64,000 bases of DNA from Mobula hypostoma (lineage: Eukaryota), in NCBI RefSeq assembly GCF_963921235.1, contig NC_086097.1, forward strand, positions 229,216,001-229,280,000, given 5' to 3'. The notes beneath the pieces were generated by a model that saw only the letters and a program-made list of their open reading frames with translations, searched no databases and was not told where the DNA came from. Every line of letters begins with the position of its first letter. The first letter of the stretch is position 1. The translations under genes and the position numbers were made by a program. Below are positions 48,580 through 60,674 of the stretch, one piece after another.

Positions 48580-49819
48580 CCTCTTCTCACCCTGTCTCTT
48601 GCAAAAACGCCATCCCCTTCTCGCAATTCCTCCGTCTCCGCCGCATCTGCTCTCAGGATGAGGCTTTTCATTCTAGGACGAGGGAGATGTCTTCATTTTT
48701 TAAAGAAAGGGGCTTCCCTTCCTCCACTATCAACTCTGCTCTTAAACGCATCTCCCCCATTTCACGTACATCTGCTCTCACTCCATCCTCCCACCACCCC
48801 ACTAGGAATAGGGTTCCCCTGGTCCTCACCTACCACCCCACCAGCCTCCGGGTCCAACATATTATTCTTCGTAACTTCCGCCACCTCCAACGGGATCCCA
48901 CCACTAAGCACATCTTTCCCTCCCCCCTCTCTCTGCATTCCGCAGGGATCGCTCCCTACACAACTCCCTTGTCCATTCATCCCCCCCATCCCTCCCCACT
49001 GATCTCCCTCCTGGCACTTATCCGTGTAAGCGGAACAAGTGCTACACATGCCCTTACACTTCCTCCCTTACCACCATTCAGGGCCCCAAACAGTCCTTCC
49101 AGGTGAGGCATCACTTCACCTGTGAGTCGACTGGGGTGATATACTGCGTCCGGTGCTCCCGATGTGGCCTTTTATATATTGGTGAGACCCAACGCAGACT
49201 GGGAGACCGCTTTGCTGAACATCTACGCTCTGTCCGCCAGAGAAAGCAGGATCTCCCAGTGGCCACACATTTTAATTCCACATCCCATTCCCATTCTGAC
49301 ATGTCTATCCACGGCCTCCTCTACTGTAAAGATGAAGCCACACTCAGGTTGGAGGAACAACACCTTATATTCCGTCCAGGTAGCCTCCAACCTGATGGCA
49401 TGAACATCGACCTCTCTAACTTCCGCTAAGGCCCCACCTCCCCCTCGTACCCCATCTGTTACTCATTTTTATGCACACATTCTTTCTCTCACTCTCCTTT
49501 TTCTCCCTCTGTCCCTCTGAATATACCTCTTGCCCATCCTCTGGGTCACCCCCCCCCCCGTCTTTCTTCCCGGACCTCCTGTCCCATGATCCTCTCGTAT
49601 CCCCTTTTGCCTATCACCTGTCCAGCTCTCGGCTCTATCCCTCCCCCTCCTGTCTTCTCCTATCATTTTGCATCTCCCCCTCCCCCTCCAGCTTTCAAAT
49701 CCCTTACTCACTCTTCCTTCAGTTAGTCCTGACGAAGGGTCTCGGCCTGAAACGTCGACTGCGCCTCTTCCTATAGATGCTGCTTGGCCTGCTGCGTTCA
49801 CCAGCAACTTTGATGTATG
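48580..49819 (+). mobile_element. Young Penelope-like element, 5'-truncated (RT C-terminus, GIY-YIG endonuclease, terminal repeat)
   Basis: SSHPVSCKNAIPFSQFLRLRRICS; FTCESTGVIYCVRCSRCGLLYIGETQRRLGDRFAEH; 9-bp TSD TGGCACAGT (48571-48579 and 49820-49828). Confidence 0.95.
49725..49760 (+). ncRNA. Minimal type I hammerhead ribozyme
   Basis: AGTC-CTGACGA-AGG gtctcgg CCT-GAAAC-GTC^GACT: complete core, stem I AGTC/GACT, stem II AGG/CCT, palindromic stem III. Confidence 0.8.
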
Positions 49820-50376
49820 TGGCACAGTTTATGTAGGTTTACAAAATATTTGAAATAAAACTGCACAGAATAACAACAAAATAACATACATATTTAAGTC
49901 ATTTTCACTCTTGCTCATCTGCACTCAACTGTAACATGCGTAGCACTTCTGTAACGGGTAATGACGGGTTCTGTTGCCTGAGCTTTTGTACACCGTCCAA
50001 ATACGATTTACTTGCCAAATGACGCTTCAAAAAGTCAAATTTTCAAATATCATCCCACTTCTTTCCACTAGCAAATTCTCCAGCAACTTTCGTATCCTGA
50101 CAATACAAACAGATAACTCCAGTTTCCGAATCATACAGAAATATTTCTCGTAGCTGAACGTTCATGACCTCATGAGCTTTCGGTGCAGCAGTTTCTACTA
50201 TTTCATTAAGCCATTCAACTTTAAATAAATTTGCATTTCTTTTGCACTTCACGCCCTTCGCTTCTTTTGAATTCGACATAGTGAATCAATTTTTTTTCAA
50301 TAAAAACTTAGTAAGCTATCAACAGGATTTGAAACTGATCTTTGTAAACTTTAAAATATGAACACTGTCCACCAAA

Positions 50377-50472
50377 CAACACACATCAAAGTTGCTGGTG
50401 AACGCAGCAGGCCAAGCAGCATCTCTAGGAAGAGGTGCAGTCGACGTTTCAGGCCGAGAGGCTTCGTCAGGA
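50377..50472 (-). mobile_element. 96-bp Penelope-derived insertion consisting of hammerhead plus tail
   Basis: 7-bp TSD CACCAAA (50370-50376 and 50473-50479); hammerhead core on minus strand at 50439-50473. Confidence 0.8.
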
Positions 50473-51229
50473 CACCAAAGATGGCTGCCGCCGTGACACA
50501 GCTGTACAAACCGGAACAGGAAAGGTGAGGTGACATAAATTAGTGACATGCATTGTGGTATTTGAAAAACGGACTAACCAGTTAACAGAAACATTTAGCT
50601 AAAAGATTATTTTCAATAAATATAATTATTAATTACTACATTATTTTAGGTAACTAAACTTTTGTGCACACATTAATTTCCTTTGTGTGCTGGTTGAAAA
50701 ACGTGTGTGCATGCAGCTTAGAGGGAACATAGCCGAGCACATCACCGTATAGCAGATTGTACTGGTGACAATAGACTGGTAGCATATGTGAAGGAGAGGC
50801 CAGCATACTCCGAAGAACGTCAGTGACCTCAGAAGGTAGAGGTGACTCTGGCCCTTCTTCTATACAGCCTCTGTGTTGGTGCCCCACTGAAGTCTGTCGT
50901 CCAGGCATGCTGTGCTGAACTATAAAAGTTTAAGGTCAATTTTATCGTCACATGCACAAGAAAGTGTATGCACAGGTGCAATGAAAATTTAATTTGCAGC
51001 AGTATCACAGGTTTAAAGCATCGTGCAAGCAGCATTCACAAGAAACATGAATTAAGCATAAATAAAACAGTTTTTACAACAAAGAACACAACTAGAACAA
51101 AAAACACTTTAGTGCAAAGTCTATTCATAACCATCTTTCTTTCAGGTAAGTCACTCTTTATCAAGGAATATCTTTTTTGATTCTGCCATATATTATTCCA
51201 TAAAGCTACTAACCTAAGAGATACCTCGC

Positions 51230-52535
51230 AAGACCATGAGACCATAAGACATAGGAGCAGAATTAGGCTATTCCATCCATCAAGTCTGCTCTGCCATTCC
51301 ATCATGGCTGATCCCGGATCTCACTCAACCCCACACACCGGCCTTCTTACCATATCCTTTGATGCCCCCATCCATCAGGAAATGATTAACTCCGGCCTTA
51401 AATATACCCGTAGGCTTGGCCTCCTCCGTAATTTGTGGCAGAGCATTCCACAGATTCACTACTCTCTGGCTAAAAAAATTCCTCCTCACCTCCATTCTAA
51501 AAGGTCGCCCCTCAATTCTGAGGCTGTGCCTGCTAGTTCTGGATACCCCCACCACAGGAAACATCATTTCCACATCCACCCTGTTTAGTCCTTTCAACAT
51601 TCAGTAGGTTTCAATGAGATCCCCACACATTCTTTGAAATTCCAGTGCATACAGGCCCAAAGCTCCTTATATCTCAACCCCTTCATTCCCAGAATCATCC
51701 TTGTGAACTTCCTCTGGACTCTCTCCAATGACAATACGTCCTTTCTGAGATATGGGGCCCAAAACTGTTGACAATACACCAAGTGCGGCCTGACCAGTGT
51801 CTTATAAAGGCTTGCTTTTATATTCTATTCCCCTCAAAATAAATGCCAATATTGCATTAGCCTTCTTTACCACAGACTTAACCTGTAAATTAACCTTCTT
51901 GGAGTCTTGGACATGGACTCCCAAGACCCTCTGCAATATTGATGTTTGAACCTTCTCCCCATTTAGGTAATGGTCCACACTATTGTTCCTTTTACCAAAA
52001 TGTATTATCATACATTTCCAAACACTGTATTTCATCTGCCACTTTCTTGTCCATTCTTCCAATTTGTCCAGGTCCTGCTGCAATTGCATTCCTTCCTCAG
52101 CACTACCTACCCCTCCACCTATCTTTATATCATCCTCAAACTTTGCCACAAAGCCATCAATTCCATTATACAAATCATTGACAAACAATATGAAAAGTAG
52201 CAGTCCCAATACTGAGCCCTGAAGAACAACTCTAGTCACTGGCAGCCAACCAGAAAAATGTTCCCACTCACTGGCTCCTGACGATTGGCCATTCCTCTAT
52301 TTGTGCCAGTATCTTTCCTGTAATGCCATAGGATTTTATCCTGTTAAGCAGCCTCACAGGTGACATGTTATCAAATGCCTTCTGAAAATCCAAGTAAATG
52401 ACATCCACTGCCTCTCCTTTCACCACTCTGCTTGTTACTTACTCGAAGAACTCTTAACAGATTTGTCAGGCAGCATTTCCCTTTACAGAAACCATGCTGT
52501 TACTTTGACTATTTTATCATTAATCTCCAAGTACT
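51230..52535 (-). mobile_element. CR1 RT/3' fragment
   Basis: QGSVLG..FVAKFEDD, RRNFFSQRVVNLWNALP; (TCTTATGG)n tail. Confidence 0.9.
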
Positions 52536-53549
52536 CCAAGGCGTGTCCTGGGTGATGGGGGTCCTTGATGATGGATGTTGCCTTTTTGATGCATCACCTT
52601 TTGAAGGTGTCTTTGATAAGAATCAATAACATGGACAATGATTGTAATCTACTTAAATACATTTGTGATTTAAGTAAAATTTTTATGTATTAAAAAATCA
52701 ATCAGATTTCTCATGATAGAATATCTGTCAGAATGGTGACAACTAAAAAAGTAACTTTTAAAAAATATTTCTATTTGCTGATAGCTGCACTGTAAGACTC
52801 CTTAAGCATTAAGCTTGTCCATATCGCCTGAGGAGTCTGCCCAGTCCAGCAAGCCTATTCATTCTATTTTGTAGTTCTTGTCAGCAGTTCCTGTTAGGTG
52901 GCATCTGTGAAGGGAATAAACAGACCCTTCATCAGGACTCTTGGCTTAAAACATTGTTATTCCCCTCCATAGGTGCTGCTTAACTTACTGGGTTCCTCCA
53001 GCATTATGTGTGTATTGCTTTTCATTTCAATCATTTTGATTATCTACATTGCTGATGTAATGATTGTTAAGTTGGTGTAATATTCAAAACTACATTGTTG
53101 TGAAAAATCACTTCTCTTCTCTGCCTACTGAGGAAACCTCAAGTCCAAAGCAACAGCTCAGCTTTCAACTTGTATTGAGTTTAAGTGCTGGCAACAGTGT
53201 TTTATTAATTCAAATACAGGGTCTCCCCAGGTTACGAATAACCTAACAGAAATCCAATTTACACAAATTCTCCCATACAATTTTTAAAACATTTTTCAAG
53301 CTAATACTAAGAATTAGCTTGAATAATACATAAGCCTGAATACTAAGAATACTAAGAACATCACTGAGGATGTGTCCAGAAGCATCAGTAGATGTATGTA
53401 CACAGAATAATAAAATAGTTCATGGTTTTCATTAATGGCTGGCTACTATATATATTCCACTAGTTTAACTGTTAGTAGTGCTAACATGATTATTGAATAA
53501 GTGAAACAACTACAGCAAATGCATGTGAAATGATATGATATAGGTTATG

Positions 53550-55520
53550 CAGTTCATCATTTTGATAAATCTAACCCATCGTTCGCAAGCCATCAGTTTT
53601 GATTTTCCACCAAAGCCACACAACTGAGCGACAATTATCAAGTATGGAAGAAGTGATAAAAGTGGCTATAGTAATTCCTTCGTGCAGCATACACTCAGGA
53701 ATAATCTAATCATTGATTCATAGTTGGCTTCCATCAGAACCACCTAGCTCAGATCGGATTGTGGCTTTCATCCAGGCATAGACACAATTTAAGGAGTTGA
53801 GAATCATTGCTCATAAAGTCAAGGTAGCCTCATTTGAATCGGGGAACAATTCAAGCAAAACTGAGTTCAATGGAAGTCAAAGGGAAACCTGTTAAAAAAA
53901 CAGGAGTCATATCTATAACAATAAAAGATAGTGTGGCTTTCAAAAGCCAAGCGAACTATTTGTAATCTAATATAATTTTGGCTGAAACCAGTTAAGACCA
54001 TAAGACAAAGGAGCAGAAGTAGGCCATTCGGCCCATCGAGTCTGCTCCGCCATTTTATCATGAGCTGATGCATTCTCCTATTTAGTCCCACTCCCCCGCC
54101 TCTCACCATAACCTTTGATGCCCTGGCTACTCAGATACCTATCAATCTCTGCCTTAAGTACACCCAATGACTTGGCCTCCACTGCTGCCCATGGCAACAA
54201 ATTCCATAGATTCCCCACCCTCTGACTAAAAAAATTTCTTCGCATTTCTGTTCTGAAAGGGCGCCCTTCAATCCTTAAGTCATGCCCTCTCATACTAGAC
54301 TCCCCCATCATGGGAAACAACTTTGCCACATCCAAATTAAATTGGGGCTCACAATAATAAATGTAATGAAAATCAATTTCCTTTGAGCTTGTGACTTAAA
54401 GCATGCCAGGACCACATCTAGATTTCATAACCATAAGGGGATATAACCAATTTTCCACAATAAGGCAACCATCAATTCTAAACAGAGTAACCATGATCCA
54501 AAACATGCTTTCAAAATACCTAATCATAAATGGTATCCATGGTTACTAAAGGTTAAATAACATCAATTTCAATATGCAACTTATGGATATTCCTAAATAA
54601 AATATGCTGTTTACATTTAGCCTTGTAGAAATTGTATTTTGCAATTGGTTGCCTTTATGAGAACTTGATGCATTTGGTTATTAATATGCCATTACAATTG
54701 CTGCAGGAAGTCTTCCCAAAATAAATATTATTCCACTTTTATGACATTTTAAGTGTTCTTTGTTGCCAGTCGAATTCCTTGGTCTGGGAAATTAATAACT
54801 GTGAGTATAGGCTCTCAGTTCCTAAGGCCTTGATATAAACTTTCAGGAAGATTAGGAGTGGGTTTAAAGATAAGATGTCAGAAACATGTAGACAAAGTAC
54901 AATATGTGCACATCTCAATGTCATTTAATGGAGTCACCTTATTACTTCCAGTTTGGCATGGTGTGGAGTTGCAAGACAGAATCTGAACTTTGTTATTTGG
55001 AGAGCGAAATAAAAGTCGGAAGTGCGATCATTGGGAGGTTTGGTAAAGAGGAGATCACTTCACAGACTGAAAGTCTGTGGAGGTAGACTATGAGGATAGC
55101 AAAGAGATAGATTTGACTCCAAAACATTTAGGCATGGGCTGATGAGTGGTAAGTTATATTTATTCCAAACAAATAGCAACCAATAAGCATTTTCATTAAG
55201 AAGGAAGTTCGAACTACTTTCCCTCAACACAGTCCAGGACAGAGCAACATGCCTGATTGCTATATGACCCACTATACTAATTGCCTTTGGAAACCATGGG
55301 CTCTATAAGCCCCAGTCACAAAGTGCTTTGAAGTAATTACCCACAATTCTAAAGCACTTCCCAAAAGACAACTGAGAAAAATAATGGCAGTGGGCATATG
55401 AAAATGCCTGAAGCTACAATTTTATCACCAATCAATTTATCAGAAATAGCTTTCCATTGTTCCACTGGTGATGGTTCAAAACCTTGGAAATCCACCAGAA
55501 GCATGGTGGAATTGCCTTCC
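53550..55520 (+). mobile_element. Very old LINE RT fragments (CR1/L2 group)
   Basis: Decayed agttggcttccatcagaaccac (QFGFR-like) near 53722 and aggcatgggctgatgagtggtaagttatattt (AWADKWQ-like) near 55130. Confidence 0.4.
53993..54335 (-). mobile_element. CR1 3' fragment
   Basis: RGHDLRIEGRPFRTEMRRNFFSQRV and CR1 tail. Confidence 0.9.
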
Positions 55521-55622
55521 CTTCAAGGGAGGGGGTATTTGCAGTTGTACAGTGCATTAAGGTGGATAAATCCCCAGGGTCTGACCAAATGCATTCTTGG
55601 ACTTTGTGAGAGGCTAGAGAAG

Positions 55623-58600
55623 AATCAAGATTTGAATAGCTCAGCAGAAAGCAATTGATTAGACAATCAAGATTTGAATAGCTCAGACTCAGCAGAAAGC
55701 AGCTGATTGGGCAATCGAGGTCAGGTAACTGTAATATTGATGTGACTCGGACACCGCTCTAGATTGAACAACCCCGTTTATTCACCAGACTTCCATTTTT
55801 AAAACCCTTTTCCACGTCCTGATGTCATACACACTCTGACGCTACGAATACTCACACAATACATTACAGTAACCAAGCAGTTTGAGAAGCTCAAACAAAT
55901 AAATAGAGGGGTAGCTCAAGTGGAGCAACTAGTGGAAAGCGGCCAGTGAATGAGTGGAGCTTTGAGGCTTTGACTCGAGAGATTCTGGCAGTTTTGGCAG
56001 TTGGACTGTGCAATCAAGTCAATCAAAATTTGAATAGCTCAGCAGAAAGCAGCTGATTGGGCAATCGAGGTCAGGTGACCAAGCAGTTTGAAAAGCTCAA
56101 ACAAATAGATAGAGGGGTAGCTCAAGCGGAGTGGCCAATGAGTGAATGGGCCAGTGAAGGAGTGGAGCTTTGAGGCTTTGACTCTTGAGAGGCTTTGACG
56201 AGAAGAGGCAGAGGACGAGCTTGCTCCCAGTTAGGATTTACAATGCTTTGTGAGACGGTGATGTGCCTCTCATGTGAGATGTGGCAGTCTTGGGGGAATT
56301 CCCCTCCCCTGCAGTCACATCTGCCAGAAGTGCATGTGGCTGGGCGATATGGAAGACCATGTAAGGAATCTGGAGCAGCAGCTGGATGACCTTCGACTCA
56401 TAAGGGAGAATGAGGCAGTCATAGATGAGAGCTACAGGGAGGTAGTCACACCTAGGCTGCCAGAAGCAGGTCAGAGGGGGGAAAGCGAAGGTGAGTAGAC
56501 AGGTACTGCAGAGCACCCCTGTAGCCGTATAATAAGTATACCACCCTGGATACTGTTGACGGGGACGACCAACCAGGGGTGAGCCATGGTGGCAGGGCCT
56601 CCGGCACTGAGTCTGACCCGGTGGTGCAGAAGGGTGGGACGGAAAAGAGGAGAGCTGTTGTCATTGGGGACTCTATAGTCAGGGGAGCAGACAGGAGATT
56701 TTGTGGATGTGAGAAGGACACCCACATGGTTTGTTGCCTCCCGGGTGCCAGGGTCCGGGATGTCTCTGACCGGGTGCACGACATCCTGGTACGAGAGGGA
56801 AAACAACCTGAAGTCGTGATACATGTTGGTACCAACGACATAGGCAGGAAGAGGGATGAGGTCCTGAAGTGTGAGTTTCAGGAACTAGGCAAAAAGCTGA
56901 AGAACTAGGCAAAAAGCCTCAGGGGTGGCGTTCTCAGGATTGCTGCCAGTGCTACGTGGCAGTGATGGTAAGAATTGGAGGAGATGGCAGTTGAATGCGT
57001 GGCTGAGGAGTTGGAGCAGGGGGCAGGGTTTTAGATTTTTGGATCATTGGGATCTCTTCTGGGGAAGGTGGGACCCCTACAGGTTGGATGGGTTGCACCT
57101 GAACTCGAGGGGAAGCAATATCCTTGCAGGTAGGTTTGCTAGCATGGTTCAGGAGCGTTTAAACTAATTTGCAAGGGGGATGGGACCTGGAGCAACAGAG
57201 CAGTGGAAGAAGTACATGGGGTAAAGCCAGATCTAACATATAAAGAGGCTTTGAGGAAAGAGAAGCAGAATAAAGGGTGTAAAGGTAGTAAGGTAGAAGG
57301 ACTAAAGTGTGTGTACTTCAAAACAAGAAGCATCAGGAACAAAGGTGATGAACTGAGAGCTTGGATACATACATGGAATTATGATGTAGTGGCCATTACA
57401 GAGACTTGGCTGGCACCAGGGCAGGAATGGATTCTCAATATTCCTGGATTTCAGTGCTTTAAAAGGGATGGGGGGGGTGGGGAGGAGAGGAGGGGTGGCA
57501 TTACTTGTCAGGGATACTATTACAACTACAGTAAGGGTGGGTAATGTAGCAGGACCCTCTTTTGAATCAGTATGGATGGAAATCAGGAACAGGAATTGAG
57601 CAGTTACTCTATTGAGAGTATTCTATAGGCCCTCTGGTAGCAGCAGAGATACCGAGGAGCAGATTGGGAGGCAGATTTTGGAAAGGTGCAAAAATAACAG
57701 GGTTGTTATCATGGGTGACTTTTAAGTTCCCTGATATTGATTAGCACCTGATTAGTTCCAATGGCTTAGATGGGGCAGAGTTTGTTAAGTGTGTCCAGGA
57801 TGGATTCCTGTCACAGTATGTTGACAGGCTGACTAGGGGGAATGCCATACTAGATCTAGTATTACGTAACAAACCGGGTCAGGTCACAGATTTCTCAGTG
57901 GGTAAGCATCTGGGGGATAGTGACCACCGCTCCCTGGCCTTTAGCATTATCATGGAAAAGGATAGAATCAGAGAGGACAGGAAAATTTTTAATTGGGGAA
58001 GGGCAAATTATGAGGCTATAAGGCTAGAACTTGCGGGTGTGAATTGGGATGATGTTTTTGCAGGGAAATGTACTATGGACATGTGGTCGATGTTTAGGGG
58101 TCTCTTGCAGGACACTAGGGATAAATTTGTCCCAGTGAGGAAGATAAAGACTGGTAGGCTGAAGGAACCATGGGTGACAAGTGAGGTGGAGAATCTAGTC
58201 AGGTGGAAGAAGGCAGCATACATGAGGTTCAGGAAGCAAGGATCAGATGGGTCTCTTGAGGAATATAGGGTAGCAAGAAAGGAGCTTAAGAAGGGGCTAA
58301 GGAGAACAAGAAGGGGGCATGAGAAGGCCTTGGTGAGTAGGGTAAAGGAAAACCCCAAGGCATTCTTCAATTATGTGAAGAACAAAAGGATGACAGGAGT
58401 GAAGGTAGGACCGATTAGAGATAAAGGTGGGAAGATGTGCCTGGAGGCTGTGGAAGTGGGCGAGGTCCTCAATGAATACTTATCTTTGGTATTCACCAAT
58501 GAGAGGGAACTTGATGACGTTCAGGACAATATGAGTGAGGTTGATGTTCTGGAGCATGTTGATATTAAGGTAGAGGAGTTGTTGGAGTTGTTAAAATACA

Positions 58601-60157
58601 TTAGGATGGATAAGTCACCAGGGCCTAATGGAATATTCCCCAGGCTGCTCCACGAGGCGAGAGAAGAGATTGCTGAGGCTCTGGCTAGGATCTTTATGTC
58701 CTCGTTGTCCACGGGAATGATACCGGAGGATTGGAGGGAGGCGAACGTTGTCCTCTTGTTCAAAAAAGGTAGTAGGGATAGTCCGGGTAATTAGACCAGT
58801 GAGCTTTACATCTTTGATGGGAAAGCTGTTGGAAAAGATTCTTAGAGATAGGATCTGTGGGCATTTAGAGAATCATGGTCTGATCAGGGACAGTCAACAT
58901 GGCTTTGTGAAGGGCAAATCATGTTTAACAAGCCTGATAGAGTTCTTTGAGGAGGTGACCAGGCATATAGATGAGGATAGTGCAGTGGAGGTGATCTACA
59001 TGGATTTTAGTAAGTCATTTGACAAGGTTCCACATGGTAGACTTATTCAGAAAGTCAGGAGACATGGGATCCAGGGAAGTTTGGCCAGGTGGATTCACAA
59101 TTGGCTTGCCTGCAGAAGGCAGAGGGTGGTGGTGGAGGAAGTACATTCAGATTGGAGGATTGTGACTAGTGGTGTCCCATAAGGATCGGTTCTGGGACCT
59201 CTACTTTTCGTGATTTTTATTAATGACCTGGATGTGGGGGTAGAAGGGTGGGTTGGCAAGTTTGCAGACGACACAAAGGTTGATGCTAATGTGGATAGTG
59301 TAAAGGAATGTCGAAGATTGCAGAGAGACATTGATAGGTTGCAGAAGTGGGCTGAGAAGTGGCAGATGGAGTTCAACCCGGAGAAGTGTGAGGTGGTACT
59401 CTTTGGAAGGACAAACTCCAAGGCAGAGTGCAAAGTAAATGGCAGGATACTTGGAAGTGTGAAGGAGCAGAGGGATCTGGGGGTACATGTCCACAGATCC
59501 CTGAAAGTTGCCTCACAGGTAGATAGGGTAGTTAAGAAAGCTTATGGAGTGTTAGCTTTCATAAGTCGAGGGATAGAGTTTAAGAGTCGCGGGGTAATGA
59601 TGCAGCTCTATAATCTCTGGTTAGGCCACACTTGGAGTACTGTGTCCAGTCCTGGTCACCTCACTATAGAAAGGATGTGGAACCATTGGAAAGGGTACAG
59701 AGGAGATTTACCAGGATGCTGTCTGGTTTAGAGAGTATGCATTATGATCAGAGATTAAGGGATCTTGGGCTTTACTCTCTGGAGAGAAGGAGGATGAGAG
59801 GATACATGATGAAGGTATACAAGATATTAAGAGGAATAGATAGAGTGGACAGCCAGCGCCTCTTCCCCAGGGCACCACTGCTCAATACAAGAGGATATGG
59901 CTTCAAGGTAAGAGGTGGGAAGTTCAAAGGGGATATTAGAGGAAGGTTTTTTACTCAGAGAGTGGTTGGTGCATGGAATGCACTACCTGAGTCAGTGGTG
60001 GAGGCAGATACACTAGTGAAATTTCAGAGACTACTAGACAGGTATATGGAGGAATTTAAGGTGGGGGGGCATTATATGGGAGGCAGTGTTTAAGGGTCGG
60101 CACCACATCGTGGGCCAAAAGACCTGTACTGTGCTGTACTATTCTATGTTCTATGTT
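55623..60157 (+). mobile_element. Full-length CR1 LINE (tandemly duplicated 5' UTR, ORF1, ORF2), multiply disrupted
   Basis: MLCETVMCLSCEMW; VVIGDS..GTND..DGLHL; AITETWL, SDH, FADD; (TTCTATG)n tail. Confidence 0.95.
55730..55868 (-). mobile_element. 139-bp solo LTR-like insertion
   Basis: TGTAATATTG...CAATACATTACA ends; 5-bp TSD GTAAC (55725-55729 and 55869-55873); AATAAA on minus strand. Confidence 0.8.
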
Positions 60158-60159
60158 CT

Positions 60160-60672
60160 TTAAGAAACTGCAGAGGCCCTGATGAAGGTATTTGCTTCAT
60201 CGTAAACTTCTGGTGAGGTTCCTAAAGACTAGAGGACTGCTAATGTTGTTCCATAGTTTAAGAAAGGTAACAAGACAAGCCAGGAAACTACAGGCCAGTC
60301 AGCCTAAGTTCAATAGTGGGGAAGTTACTTGAGAAAATTCAGAGGGACAGAATCTACCAGCATTTGGATAGACAGAATCTGATTAGGAGTCAGTATAGCT
60401 TCGTGTGTGGGAAGTAACATTGATGAACATTTTAGAGTTATTTGCATACGTAACCAAAAAGATAGTTGACAGTAGGGCAGCGGAGGTTGCCTAATTTGGC
60501 AACGTCTTCAACAAGGTTCAAAATTGTTGGTTGGTTTTGAAGGTTAGGTCCCGTGGTACCCAGGGTGAGCTAGTCATGTGGATTCAAAATGGTCAGAGGT
60601 AGGAAGTAGAGTGTGGTGTTTGAAGTTGTTTCTTGGAATGGAAGCTGGTGACTTGTGCTATGATGCAGGGGT
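60160..60672 (+). mobile_element. Older CR1 RT fragment
   Basis: gccaggaaactacaggccagtcagccta (NYRPVSL) and downstream decayed RT. Confidence 0.75.
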
Positions 60673-60674
60673 CA

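Larger units (their letters stand above)
48471..50732 (-). mobile_element. hAT (Tip100-like) internally deleted transposon
   Basis: TIRs CAATGTTCCCTCTAA / TTAGAGGGAACATAG, 8-bp TSD CGGAGCAC/CCGAGCAC; N-terminal zinc-finger remnant FKVEWL...VICLYC...LKRHLAS. Confidence 0.85.
48030..50905 (-). mobile_element. Rex-Babar 3' fragment hosting a hAT element
   Basis: 48030-48470 and 50733-50905 match the reverse complement of ~39165-39620 plus the 3' UTR; (TATC)n tail. Confidence 0.85.
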
